Assembly (NCBI GenBank): GCA_918234285.1
Contig: CAKJXZ020000003.1
Span: 64,001-128,000 of the forward strand
Source: Pseudomonadota bacterium
GTDB taxonomy: Bacteria; Pseudomonadota; Alphaproteobacteria; RF32; CAG-239
Direction of reading: 5' to 3'
DNA length: 64,000 bases
The position numbers were made by a program, and so were the translations under genes. The notes under the pieces are model-generated. The model worked only from the letters and a program-made list of their open reading frames with translations, had not been told where the DNA came from and ran no database searches. This document shows positions 48,685 to 58,446 of this stretch, piece after piece. The number at the start of each line of letters is the position of its first letter. Within the stretch, counting starts at the first letter, position 1.

Positions 48685-51441
48685 TTAATCCACACCCAGA
48701 ACTTCACGACGACCGACGTGGTCTTGTTTTGAGACAATGCCTTCCTGTTCCATCCGTTCAATCAGATTGGCGGCACGGTTGTAGCCGATACGCAACTTGC
48801 GCTGGACATAGCTGGTGGAGGCCTTTTTATCGGTGCGCACAATTTCAACTGCCTGGCGATATAATTCTTCTTCATCGCTTCCGCCGCCGAATTCGCCCTT
48901 ATCAAACACCGGACCAGAATCTTTGGTTTCCAGCTCGCCGGCGGTAACTTCAGCCACATATTTCGGCTCGCCCTGCGATTTGATAAATTCAACCACACGC
49001 TCAACTTCTTCATCGGCCACAAAACAACCGTGAACGCGCACCGGCCGTGTGCCGGACGACATAAACAGCATATCGCCCATACCGAGCAATTGTTCGGCAC
49101 CTTTTTCACCCAAAATGGTACCGCTGTCGATTTTGGTGGTAACGTGGAAACTGATGCGGCTCGGGAAGTTAGATTTAATCACGCCGGTAATAACATCAAC
49201 CGACGGACGTTGCGTCGACATAATTAAGTGAATACCGGCCGCACGTGCCATTTGCGCCAAACGTTGAATGGCGGCTTCCACCTCTTTGCCGGCCACCAGC
49301 ATCAAATCGGCCATTTCATCAACCACAATCACAATATACGGCATCGGCGAAGTATCGATAACCTGTTCTTCATAAATCGGCTGACCGGTTTCTTTATCAA
49401 AGCCGGTCTGAATGGTTTTTTTCAAGCCCTTACCGGTTTTTTGCATTTCTTCGATTTTCTTGTTATAACCGGCAATGTTGCGAACATTCAAGAGTGCCAT
49501 CTGACGATAGCGATTTTCCATTTCCTGTACTGCCCATTTGAGGCCGACGACCGCTTTTGCCGGGTCGGTGATCACCGGAGTAAGCAGATGCGGAATACCG
49601 TTATACATCGAAAATTCCAGCTGTTTCGGGTCAATCATGATAAAGCGGCACTGCTCCGGAGTCATCCGGTATAACAGCGACAGAATCATGGTGTTGACCC
49701 CGACCGACTTACCGGAACCGGTGGTACCGGCAACCAACAAGTGCGGCATTTTGGAAAGGTCGGCATAAACGTGCTGACCGCCGATATCTTTACCCAGAGC
49801 TACGTTTAAGATGTTTTTGCTGGTTACGAATTCGTTATCCTCAAACAGCTCACGTATCCACACGGTTTGCCGTTTTTCGTTAGGCAATTCGATACCGATG
49901 GTGCTATGGCCGGCAACAACCGCCATACGCACCGAAGATACGGCCATTGAGCGGGCAATATCATCGGAAAGACCGATGACTCGGGCAGTGCGAGTACCGG
50001 CTTTCGGCTCAAGCTCATACAGCGTTACTACCGGACCCGGGCGCACAGCCACGATTTGGCCGTGAATGTTAAAGTCGTTTAATACCTGCTCAAGCTTAGC
50101 AGCACGCTCTTTGAGTGCGTTTTCGTCAACCACTACCGCACCGGTCTCTTTAGGAACCGAAAGCAGATTAATATCCGGCAGAGTATATTCATGCGGTTGA
50201 GATTGCGAACGTGAAGCGGTTTCTACCTGAGGTACGACCACCTGCGCTGAGGCCGTTGCCGTACGTTGTTCCTGTGGCTGCTGTTTGGTTGGTGTCGGCG
50301 CGGTTGTCGGAATATTCAAAAGTTCTTCCTGTATAGCGGCCGGTTGGCGACTTGCGGCCTTAGGGGCTGTTTGTTTGGCACCCTCGGTGTGATAAATATC
50401 TTCCGGCGATATCTTGGTTGCCGGTTTTTTCTGCATAACTTGCGGCTCGTTAATAAAATCAAACGTCGGATTAACCGAAGATGTTTTAGAATTTTCGACC
50501 GGTGTTACCGAAACCGCAGAAACAGATGCTGTCGGCGGAGTCGGTTGTTGCAACGTTGCTTGCGGCATAACGATTTTCGGACCGCTTTGAGCTATGTTTT
50601 GCGCCGGTTTTTCCGCCAAAGAAGCCAACGCCGTAGAAGTGTTCAACGCTTGACTGTTCATGGTCGGTTCAATGCGTTCAAACCCCGGTTCGCGCCGTTG
50701 ATTGATCGTAGCCAATTTATTTTGCATTTTGGCACGCACATAATTCGGATTAACCTCTTTGAATTCGTTAAAACTGCGAATATGCGCAACTTTCTTAAAT
50801 ATTTTGACGATTGCACGAACAATTTTACCAAAGAAAGCTGCGATTTTGGAAAGCAGACGCAACCAATATTTAAAGGTAATCCCGGCCGCAAAATTAAATG
50901 CCATCAGGCTGATAAACAGCAGCAAAACCAGCAGAATTATCTTATTGTAAGGCGGCTTTAACAGCGTCAGATAATTCGCATAATTATTGAGAGAAGTACT
51001 CAAATGGCGCGACCATTCTCCGGTTAAACTGTACGGTAGATTGAAGCGTCCTAAATAATTGCGACAGGTCAAATCAATAAAACCGGCAAAGCTGATAACC
51101 CCGACAAACCACGCAAACAGGCGCATTTTCCATTCAATAATTTCGCGATGAAAGATTAAACTCAAACCCCAAAGAATCGGCACAATAAGAAACACTATCA
51201 GTGCCAAACCGAATGTGCTTAATACAAAATCGGCGCTGTACGCTCCGAATAATCCCAGAAAATTCTGCACCGGGCGATCATCTGACACGACCTTATTGAG
51301 CGACGGATCATCGGCACTATAATCAAAAATTGCCGCCCAAATTGCCAACGGCAAAATAATCAGAACCGCCCCCACCAGATTGCAAAATATCTTTTTGAAC
51401 CATGATTCAGATTTTTTATTTTCGTGTATACCCGATTTCAT
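48685..51441 (-). CDS. ftsK: DNA translocase FtsK
   Basis: 4-TM N-terminus, P/Q-rich linker, [31 protein letters not shown], gamma domain IGYNRAA. Confidence 0.97.
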   Translation of the reverse strand: MKSGIHENKKSESWFKKIFCNLVGAVLIILPLAIWAAIFDYSADDPSLNKVVSDDRPVQNFLGLFGAYSADFVLSTFGLALIVFLIVPILWGLSLIFHREIIEWKMRLFAWFVGVISFAGFIDLTCRNYLGRFNLPYSLTGEWSRHLSTSLNNYANYLTLLKPPYNKIILLVLLLFISLMAFNFAAGITFKYWLRLLSKIAAFFGKIVRAIVKIFKKVAHIRSFNEFKEVNPNYVRAKMQNKLATINQRREPGFERIEPTMNSQALNTSTALASLAEKPAQNIAQSGPKIVMPQATLQQPTPPTASVSAVSVTPVENSKTSSVNPTFDFINEPQVMQKKPATKISPEDIYHTEGAKQTAPKAASRQPAAIQEELLNIPTTAPTPTKQQPQEQRTATASAQVVVPQVETASRSQSQPHEYTLPDINLLSVPKETGAVVVDENALKERAAKLEQVLNDFNIHGQIVAVRPGPVVTLYELEPKAGTRTARVIGLSDDIARSMAVSSVRMAVVAGHSTIGIELPNEKRQTVWIRELFEDNEFVTSKNILNVALGKDIGGQHVYADLSKMPHLLVAGTTGSGKSVGVNTMILSLLYRMTPEQCRFIMIDPKQLEFSMYNGIPHLLTPVITDPAKAVVGLKWAVQEMENRYRQMALLNVRNIAGYNKKIEEMQKTGKGLKKTIQTGFDKETGQPIYEEQVIDTSPMPYIVIVVDEMADLMLVAGKEVEAAIQRLAQMARAAGIHLIMSTQRPSVDVITGVIKSNFPSRISFHVTTKIDSGTILGEKGAEQLLGMGDMLFMSSGTRPVRVHGCFVADEEVERVVEFIKSQGEPKYVAEVTAGELETKDSGPVFDKGEFGGGSDEEELYRQAVEIVRTDKKASTSYVQRKLRIGYNRAANLIERMEQEGIVSKQDHVGRREVLGVD

Positions 51442-51680
51442 TTTTTCCTCAAATTAAAGATCTCCTTAATCGCTCGGATTATAGCCGAAAATCCTCAATA
51501 AAATGTTAAAAATGCGTAACAGATTATTTTATTTTTACGGTTATCGCATTTTTCAAAATGTGTGCCGAGGCAAAAGAGGAATATAACGCCGCGCAGAAGA
51601 AAACGGCGGAACGACGGGAAATGCGCCGTAAACAAAGAAAGACAAGAAAAATTAACTACACAAGGCTGTAGCCACTTTTT

Positions 51681-51716
51681 ATAAACGCCCGAATCATCCT
51701 CGGGCGTTTATTTTTG
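51681..51716. terminator. Intrinsic terminator at the left edge of the MuF array
   Basis: ATAAACGCCCGA/TCGGGCGTTTAT followed by a T tract. Confidence 0.7.
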
Positions 51717-51722
51717 TTCTTC

Positions 51723-51773
51723 TCCGGTTTATATGGCTCCGCCCAGCATCGACAGTTATAATCCTCCCCGGGA
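51723..51773 (-). pseudogene. Third MuF junction stub (PGEDYNCRCWAEPYKPE) with no toxin domain
   Basis: Near-identical to 53372-53422 and 54732-54782. Confidence 0.85.
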
Positions 51774-51836
51774 TTTCCTACGGCTCTTTATGGTATTTTA
51801 ACTAAACTTTACTATATTAACTTTAGAGGTGGCAAA

Positions 51837-52652
51837 ATGAAAAAATTTGTTTTGATTTTGGGGTTGTTATTAGTACTTAATTTGCAAACAAAGTTGGCTA
51901 AGGGTAACAATCAAATTAATTATGATCATTCAACTGATAATAAAAATATAATAAATATAGTGGAAAAATTTAAAACCCTAATAGCCACCAACAATCCGCA
52001 TATTATCTCCAAATACGTAAAATATCCGTTTAATATTGGCGATAATTGTCCGGATATACAAAATAAAGAAGAGTTTGTTCAAAATTTCGATATAATATTT
52101 GATTCATTGTTAACAACACAAATTATGGCTTCTGATATCAATCTATGGAATTTTAACGAAAAACAAAATGTAATTTTTTATGATAGTCCCTATGTTCAAT
52201 TATCGACAGATGGTTATTTGATGGATATTGAATATACTGCAAAACGCACACAAAATAATAAAAAATGTGTATTGGAAGAAAAAAGCAAAATCTATCCTTC
52301 TTTAAAGAAATATCAGAAAAATTTATATACATTGAAAACTTACGACCATATATATAGAATTGATTTGACTAATAAAGGTTTGAGTGCAACGACATATCGA
52401 CTGGCAATTTGGAAAAAAGAGCAAAAAATGTCCGAAAAACCGCTAATAATCATCAATAACGGAAAGTTAAAACTATATGGAAGCGCGAACAATGAGAAAT
52501 ACATCTTTGAAGATAAAGAAATATCTTATATAGTCGAAATCAACACCGCTCGCGCTTTAGAAACAATTCCTATTGAAATAACCGTTATAAACAATTTTTC
52601 AGCAAAAAAATATCCTGCAGTAAATATAACTAATAGTCCCAATCTTTATTAG
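51837..52652 (+). CDS. Secreted protein, candidate immunity protein/lysozyme inhibitor for cassette 2
   Basis: Signal peptide MKKFVLILGLLL; AT-rich; convergent with and overlapping the lysozyme cassette. Function is inferred. Confidence 0.65.
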   Translation: MKKFVLILGLLLVLNLQTKLAKGNNQINYDHSTDNKNIINIVEKFKTLIATNNPHIISKYVKYPFNIGDNCPDIQNKEEFVQNFDIIFDSLLTTQIMASDINLWNFNEKQNVIFYDSPYVQLSTDGYLMDIEYTAKRTQNNKKCVLEEKSKIYPSLKKYQKNLYTLKTYDHIYRIDLTNKGLSATTYRLAIWKKEQKMSEKPLIIINNGKLKLYGSANNEKYIFEDKEISYIVEINTARALETIPIEITVINNFSAKKYPAVNITNSPNLY

Positions 52653-53430
52653 ATCTAAGCCTTGCCGCAATACTATCATTTCTGCTTTTTCCTACATCTG
52701 GCCTAAAACTTTCTTCTATCATTTTATCTAAATTTTTTGCATTTACCCATTTTCTGAAACGTACGAATTGCAAGCAATTTCCCGTATTATATTGGAAATC
52801 AATAAAAACATCTTGGATAATCGGCGGATATTTATAAAATTCTGGAATATTATCTTTAATAAATTCGATATCTTTTTCGAGATGCTTTATGACTTTATCC
52901 GATATTGTTTCCGAGGATAAATGTATTGAAGAATATTTTTTATAAAAAATCGGCAATTTCCCTTTAGGCAAAGATTGTATCTTCTCGTAATTTTTATGTA
53001 TTTCTGCGAATTGGGCTGGTTTATTATTATCATCAAGCCAAGGCATATCACAAAAAACCTCATAATCATCAACGTTTAGACCGGCACCTACGGTTATATA
53101 TCCCTTAGTATCTTTATATGGATAATCAACAATACCTTCTTCTTTTATAATTTGAGGAACATTACGTAATATTATTGTATCCACATTAAGATCATTATTG
53201 CTTGATGGCTTTCTTTCATACCCTGCGTCGGTTGCCACATTTGCTTTATCATTAGCGGCGTATTGAGGTAGACCATTAAGCTTGAAATCAACCAGCTTAA
53301 GTGTTTTTTGCAGCTCTTTAAACATATCAAGTCCGCTGACATCTATAATCATCGGCTTATCGGCATATCTTTCCGGTTTATACGGCTCCGCCCAGCATCG
53401 ACAGTTGTAATCCTCCCCCGGATGCCCGCC
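52630..53430 (-). CDS. Orphan MuF C-terminal cassette: junction, linker and GH24/T4-type lysozyme domain (no N-terminus; possible internal Met at 53352)
   Basis: Frame open from GGHPGEDYNCRC; EGIVDYPYKDTKGYIT = E-x8-D-x5-T; DFQYNTG. Confidence 0.8.
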   Translation of the reverse strand, partial: GGHPGEDYNCRCWAEPYKPERYADKPMIIDVSGLDMFKELQKTLKLVDFKLNGLPQYAANDKANVATDAGYERKPSSNNDLNVDTIILRNVPQIIKEEGIVDYPYKDTKGYITVGAGLNVDDYEVFCDMPWLDDNNKPAQFAEIHKNYEKIQSLPKGKLPIFYKKYSSIHLSSETISDKVIKHLEKDIEFIKDNIPEFYKYPPIIQDVFIDFQYNTGNCLQFVRFRKWVNAKNLDKMIEESFRPDVGKSRNDSIAARLRSNKDWDY

Positions 53431-53485
53431 GGTTATTTATTGTATTTTAACGAAACTATGCTATATTAACCCCAGAGGTATAAAA

Positions 53486-53911
53486 ATGAAAAAGTTTATT
53501 TTGATTTTAGGATTTTTATTAACATTGAGTAACCGTTCATACTCTCAAAGCTCATCTGAGAAACAGCAAGAGTTTGTTAATCCTATTTTTAACAAAACAT
53601 TGTATGGTTACAGCAAGCAAACTTGGAACACCCAACTCTCTCCAAGCAGTATTATAGCATCTCCTGATAATCTTTCAGATCCGAATGCTTATATAGAGCA
53701 ATATCCTTGTGAACTGTTGGAAAATAAACACGACCATGTAAAATTCAACTGCACTATTTGTTATGGATATTTATCTAAATTAGAAGCTAAAGATTGTTAC
53801 CATGATATTATCATATACCAAATAACTACTGATGGTAAAATAAAAGAAACAACCTTTAATCCTAAACGCCCAGAATTTCAAAGTATTGAATATTTAATCA
53901 CAAAACCATAA
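53486..53911 (+). CDS. Secreted protein, candidate immunity protein for the main toxin
   Basis: Signal peptide MKKFILILGFLL; 4 Cys; stop codon abuts the toxin stop. Function is inferred. Confidence 0.65.
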   Translation: MKKFILILGFLLTLSNRSYSQSSSEKQQEFVNPIFNKTLYGYSKQTWNTQLSPSSIIASPDNLSDPNAYIEQYPCELLENKHDHVKFNCTICYGYLSKLEAKDCYHDIIIYQITTDGKIKETTFNPKRPEFQSIEYLITKP

Positions 53912-55265
53912 TCACCACCGTTTTATAGATAATATTTTATCTTTCATCTCATCATTTCTATCTTTCGAGATGCCTTTTCTATGAACTTGCTTTGCCAATT
54001 CGGGAACATTTTTCTCATTGAAATATTGTTTAAAATATGTCCAAGTATTATCCGTAATTCCCGGATTATATTGAATATCAAAAGCAACATCTTGTGCTGC
54101 TTCCGGCGCATAATCTATGTCAGGCAGATAGTGTTTAAGGTTGCTGTAGTCCCGTTGTAAATGCGAATACATCAAATAATCAGCTTCATCTTCAGTTATG
54201 TTGAGGACAGCATCTTGCTCATATCTCTTTGCAGTAATTTTTTGAAAAGGATTCAAATAAGGTTTTTTGCTTTTTTCGGCTTCTGCTTTTGCTTGTGCAA
54301 TAATCTTTGCTCTCACTTTTTCCATTCGTTCAAATTCCGCACGCATTTCATCTTCGGTTGCCGGCCTACCATTATATAGCCAATGCACTTTTCTAAAACT
54401 TTCCCAGTCATTAATTAAAGCTCCATTACCTGTTGTTATATAACCTGAACTATCCAAATAAGCATATTCCTTTGTATTTTCTCTTGCAATAATTTGTTTT
54501 CCAATTCGTTTTAACAACTTTTCCTCTTCAGGTGAGCGGAATTCTACTTTGCGATGTGCGTATGCAGAATTTGAAGTATACGTTGCATCGCTTGCCATAT
54601 TTGCTTTGTCGTTTGCGGCATATTGCGGCAAGCCATTAAGCTTGAAATCAACCGGTTTCATTTCTGATTGCAACTCCTTAAACATATCAAGTCCGCTGAC
54701 GTCTACAATTACCGGCTTATTCTTATATCTTTCCGGTTTATATGGTTCCGCCCAGCATCGGCAGTTATAATCTTCACCCGGATGCCTCTTGCTTTGTAAA
54801 TTCTTGCTGCACTTCGTTTGCAATCATTAACTGCGCTTCGGTCACTCGTTTTGTAAATTCGCCACGCGTCGTTTACACTAGCTTGCTTATTAACAAAACT
54901 TCGCCGCTTGCGGTAAAAACAACCGGAGCAATGGTTGTTTTTATCCTCGCGCCATCCGGTGGCACATGCCAATTAAAAATTTCACCTTCACGCTCGGCGT
55001 GTTTGCCGCGAACTCGGTCGTCGCGCTTTGTCCGCCAGATATAATAATCTTGCGGATTTTTATCCATATCGTCCGCCAAAATTGCCTTTAATCGCGGGTT
55101 GGGTGAGTTTTCGTTGGCCACGTCAATTTGACTGTACGGGTCATTACTCCGATACCGCGGGTCAACATAATACCACTCGCTTTGTCCTTGCTTTTTATAT
55201 CCTCGTTTTACACTCTTAAACCCGTGCAACCGCTGATACAGATTATTTTTTTCGCTATTCTGCAT
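53912..55265 (-). pseudogene. MuF (phage minor head/gpF-like) domain-lysozyme fusion, 396 aa if the 163-bp insert is removed
   Basis: YIWRTKRDDRVRGKHAEREG..F.W..PPDG|GHPGEDYNCRC; ENTKEYAYLDSSGYIT = E-x8-D-x5-T; AAGGAG RBS; 316+875 nt = 397 codons. Confidence 0.82.
54787..54949 (-). mobile_element. 163-bp structured insertion inside the MuF gene
   Basis: Absent from the homologous junction at 53421-53430; no obvious TIR or TSD; related to 16541-16697 and about 20303-20505. Confidence 0.8.
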
Positions 55266-55585
55266 ATTTTCACTCCTTAAACTCTATCATTAAATTCTTA
55301 TATAATAATTTATTTATTATCATATTTTGATACCTGAACAAACCGCATAAGTCCGAAAGCAAATGAGGTCTATCATGGAAAACTATAAATCGCTAATGAT
55401 TTTAACAATATACTGATAACACGTCGTATCACCATTGTCAAGTTTAAAATAAGAAAAATATAAAATTAAGCCGTTTATACAATGAAAAATCTTATTTTGA
55501 GCGCAAAAAAATATACCGGCAATGATTTCGCAGAACGTGATATATACGAAGAAAATCCCTTCGCGCGATGTAAAAATCATCTACA

Positions 55586-55828
55586 AAAAACTCATAGAAT
55601 TAGGCTAATAGAAAAAGGTTTTTTCCACAAGAACGTCCCTTTAAAAAACTCAGAGAATGGAGTTAATACGCCGAAAGCCTTTGTCCTTCGCTTCGCTCAC
55701 GACGCTTTCAGCCCTGCGCCCAAAAAACTCATAGAATTAGGCTAATAGAAAAAGGTTTTTTCCCGCGGTGTACAAAGTGGTACATAAGGGAAAAAACCTT
55801 TGATAGTAGCCAATTATATGAGTTTTTA
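55586..55828. repeat. RPE-like palindromic element (full copy 55724-55826) plus half-copies, 3' of rpsD
   Basis: AAAACTCATA...TATGAGTTTT; exact left-half duplicate at 55587-55625, variant half at about 55644-55670. Confidence 0.85.
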
Positions 55829-56443
55829 TTATCTGGAGTAGTATTCGATAACCAAATTCGGCTCCATAACAGCCGCATAAGGCACATCTTCAAACTTCGG
55901 AATGAAGGTGTAAGTTGCCTTCATCTTTTTGGCATCAACTTCCAAATATGTCGGCCAATCACGAGTTTGCGATTCGAGAGCATTGATAACCATATTCATA
56001 CTCTTGGACTTTTCGCGAACTTCGATAACATCGCCGGCCTTGACCATATAAGACGGAATGTTTACTTTTTTGCCGTTAACGGTAACGTGGCCGTGGTTTA
56101 CAAATTGACGAGCCGCAAATACGGTCGGTACGAATTTTGCTTTATAAACCAGGTTATCCAAACGGGATTCGAGCAAACCGATTAAGTTTTCGGCGGCATC
56201 GCCAGAACGACGAATAGCCTCAGCATAATATTTACCGAATTGCTTTTCGGAAATGTTGCCGTAGTAAACTTTCATCTTTTGTTTGGCAATCAATTGTTGA
56301 CCGTAGTCGGTAACTTTTGCTTTTCTTTGACCATGTTGTCCCGGACGATATGATCTTTTGTTAAACGGGCTGTTATTATCACCCCAGAGATTGTCGCCGT
56401 AGCTACGGCTCAATTTTTTCTTTGCAGAAACGATACTTTTCAT
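55829..56443 (-). CDS. rpsD: 30S ribosomal protein S4
   Basis: [35 protein letters not shown]. Confidence 0.98.
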   Translation of the reverse strand: MKSIVSAKKKLSRSYGDNLWGDNNSPFNKRSYRPGQHGQRKAKVTDYGQQLIAKQKMKVYYGNISEKQFGKYYAEAIRRSGDAAENLIGLLESRLDNLVYKAKFVPTVFAARQFVNHGHVTVNGKKVNIPSYMVKAGDVIEVREKSKSMNMVINALESQTRDWPTYLEVDAKKMKATYTFIPKFEDVPYAAVMEPNLVIEYYSR

Positions 56444-56651
56444 TAAATTTATCCTTTTTTTGTTTGTTTACATTATTGTCCCGATAGTTGCAAACCCCTG
56501 TCTGCAACGAGATTACCGGCCATTACCGACAATCTGCCTTCTCGGAAGTGAGGGTAACGTACATCATTTTTACACATTTTTCAAGCAAAAAATACAAATA
56601 GCGTTGGATTTTTCGGTTAAAGATAATACAGTAAAGCCAAGTGAGGAAAAA

Positions 56652-58379
56652 ATGTCATACCAATTAATGTTTCAAAAAGCGGTTGAGCTGCAGCAAAACG
56701 GTGCCTTAAACGAAGCCGAACAAATTTACCGGCAAATTCTCGAAACCGCACCCAATAATGCCGATGTACTGAATCTGCTCGGCTTGATTGCGCAAACCCG
56801 CGGTATTCACGGCGAGGCGGTAAATTATTTTTACAAAGCAATAGAAAATGCTCCGCAACATTGGCCGATTTTCTTCAATTTAGCCGTTTCGCTCGGTGCC
56901 TTGAGCAAGTTTGTGGAAGCGGCAGAGGCCTATCAAAAGGTGCTTTCGCTTAAGCCCGATTGTAAAGAAGCGCATTTCGGGCTGGGCAATCTTTATTGGG
57001 CGCAGAATAATCTCGATGCCGCCAAAGAACAATTTTCAGCCGCCCTTAACTTTGATGCCGATTACCTCGAAGCCGCCACCAATCTGGCAGAAGTCAGCGA
57101 CGATACCGCCACGCTCGAAAAACTAGCCGCCGACAATCCGCAAGCCCTCTATTATCTCGGTCGCCGCGCTTTTAATGCACATAATTTTGCTGATGCCGCC
57201 AAATATTTACGGCAAGCCGACGCATTGGCACAAGACGATGAAATAAAGTCTATGCTCGGCGAAGCCGAATTGGTGCTGGAAAACAAAGACACGGCGCAAA
57301 AGCTGTTTTATCAGGCGCTCAATCTTAATCCTTACAACCTGACCGCGCTGATAAATTTAGCCGATATGGAAGCAGATTCGCACAACTTCGGCGAGGCGGA
57401 AAAATTTTATAAACGCGGAATTGAAATCGCGCCGGATAACCTGCGTTTACACGCCAATTATGCCGAAATGCTGTGTCGTAACCGCCGCACGGTTGAGGGC
57501 TTGGAAGAATACCGACAGGCGGTGATTTTGGCTCCGCAAACGCCGGAACTTAGTTATAATTTAGCCTTGATTTTGAAAAGTCTGGAAGAATACGAACAAG
57601 CACTTGATTTAATGTTTCATGCTTTTTATCTGGCACCGGAACATACCGATTGGAGCCTCAATATCGCCGAAACATTGGTGCTGTTTAACGAGCAGGCGCC
57701 GGAAAAAGCGCGCAAAATCTGCGAAAACTGGTATCAAAAAATGCCGGAAAACATAATTGTGCAGCACCTGTGGTCTTCTCTCAATCATCAAACCGCCGCC
57801 AACGAAAAAGAATATAATGCCTTGCTGTTTGATAATTTTGCCGCCACTTATGAGCAGACACTCAAAAACATTCAATATTCGGTGATTGATAAAATCGCCG
57901 AACTGTATGCCCCGCTTAAAGGCAAAATTCTCGACTTGGGTTGCGGCACCGGTTTGGCGGCGCAAAAGCTTAAAGCCGAGCAAAATGAATTTGTCGGCGT
58001 AGATATATCGGCCAAAATGCTCGATTTGGCGCGGCAGAAAAATATTTATTCCGAGCTGAAACAGGCTGATATTACAGAATATTTGCACGATTCGCATCCG
58101 GATTTTGACTGCATAATTGCCGCCGACGTATTTTGCTATTTCGGCGATTTGCGTCCGCTTATTGCTTCCGCCGCCCCTACTCGCTTGATTTTTTCGGTAG
58201 AAACCGACAACACGGCGGAAAAATATACGATTCAGGCCAACGGGCGCTATAAACATAATCCGCAATATATCGAGTTATTGTTACATAATTCCGGCTACAC
58301 CGATGTTACCTCAACCGAATTGGTTTTGCGCCGCGAAAACGGCAAAGATGTAATCGGCTGTATCTTCTGTGCCGCATAA
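56652..58379 (+). CDS. TPR-repeat protein with a C-terminal SAM-dependent methyltransferase
   Basis: Multiple TPRs; FDNFA..YE, ILDLGCGTG, GVDIS..ML, AADVFCYFGDL; GAGGA RBS. Confidence 0.88.
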   Translation: MSYQLMFQKAVELQQNGALNEAEQIYRQILETAPNNADVLNLLGLIAQTRGIHGEAVNYFYKAIENAPQHWPIFFNLAVSLGALSKFVEAAEAYQKVLSLKPDCKEAHFGLGNLYWAQNNLDAAKEQFSAALNFDADYLEAATNLAEVSDDTATLEKLAADNPQALYYLGRRAFNAHNFADAAKYLRQADALAQDDEIKSMLGEAELVLENKDTAQKLFYQALNLNPYNLTALINLADMEADSHNFGEAEKFYKRGIEIAPDNLRLHANYAEMLCRNRRTVEGLEEYRQAVILAPQTPELSYNLALILKSLEEYEQALDLMFHAFYLAPEHTDWSLNIAETLVLFNEQAPEKARKICENWYQKMPENIIVQHLWSSLNHQTAANEKEYNALLFDNFAATYEQTLKNIQYSVIDKIAELYAPLKGKILDLGCGTGLAAQKLKAEQNEFVGVDISAKMLDLARQKNIYSELKQADITEYLHDSHPDFDCIIAADVFCYFGDLRPLIASAAPTRLIFSVETDNTAEKYTIQANGRYKHNPQYIELLLHNSGYTDVTSTELVLRRENGKDVIGCIFCAA

Positions 58380-58392
58380 TTTTTCAGCGCAC

Positions 58393-58424
58393 AAAAAAAG
58401 ACGCTTCCGCGGAAGCGCCTTTTT
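58393..58424. terminator. Bidirectional terminator
   Basis: A7-GACGCTTCC-gc-GGAAGCGCC-T5 between convergent genes. Confidence 0.7.
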
Positions 58425-58446
58425 ATTTGAGCATCAAAGCCGAATA

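Noticed and set aside
51558-51671. 37-aa ORF MCAEAKEEYNAAQKK... before a terminator
   Set aside because: No RBS; possibly a gene remnant but cannot be assigned.
54787-54949. Group I/II intron or a known small ribozyme
   Set aside because: Short, and I could not identify P7, domain V or hammerhead/HDV cores by eye; left as an unclassified element.
51723-55265. Prophage or lysis cassette
   Set aside because: No integrase, terminase, portal, capsid or holin gene; the lysozymes are C-terminal fusions to a repeated MuF junction.
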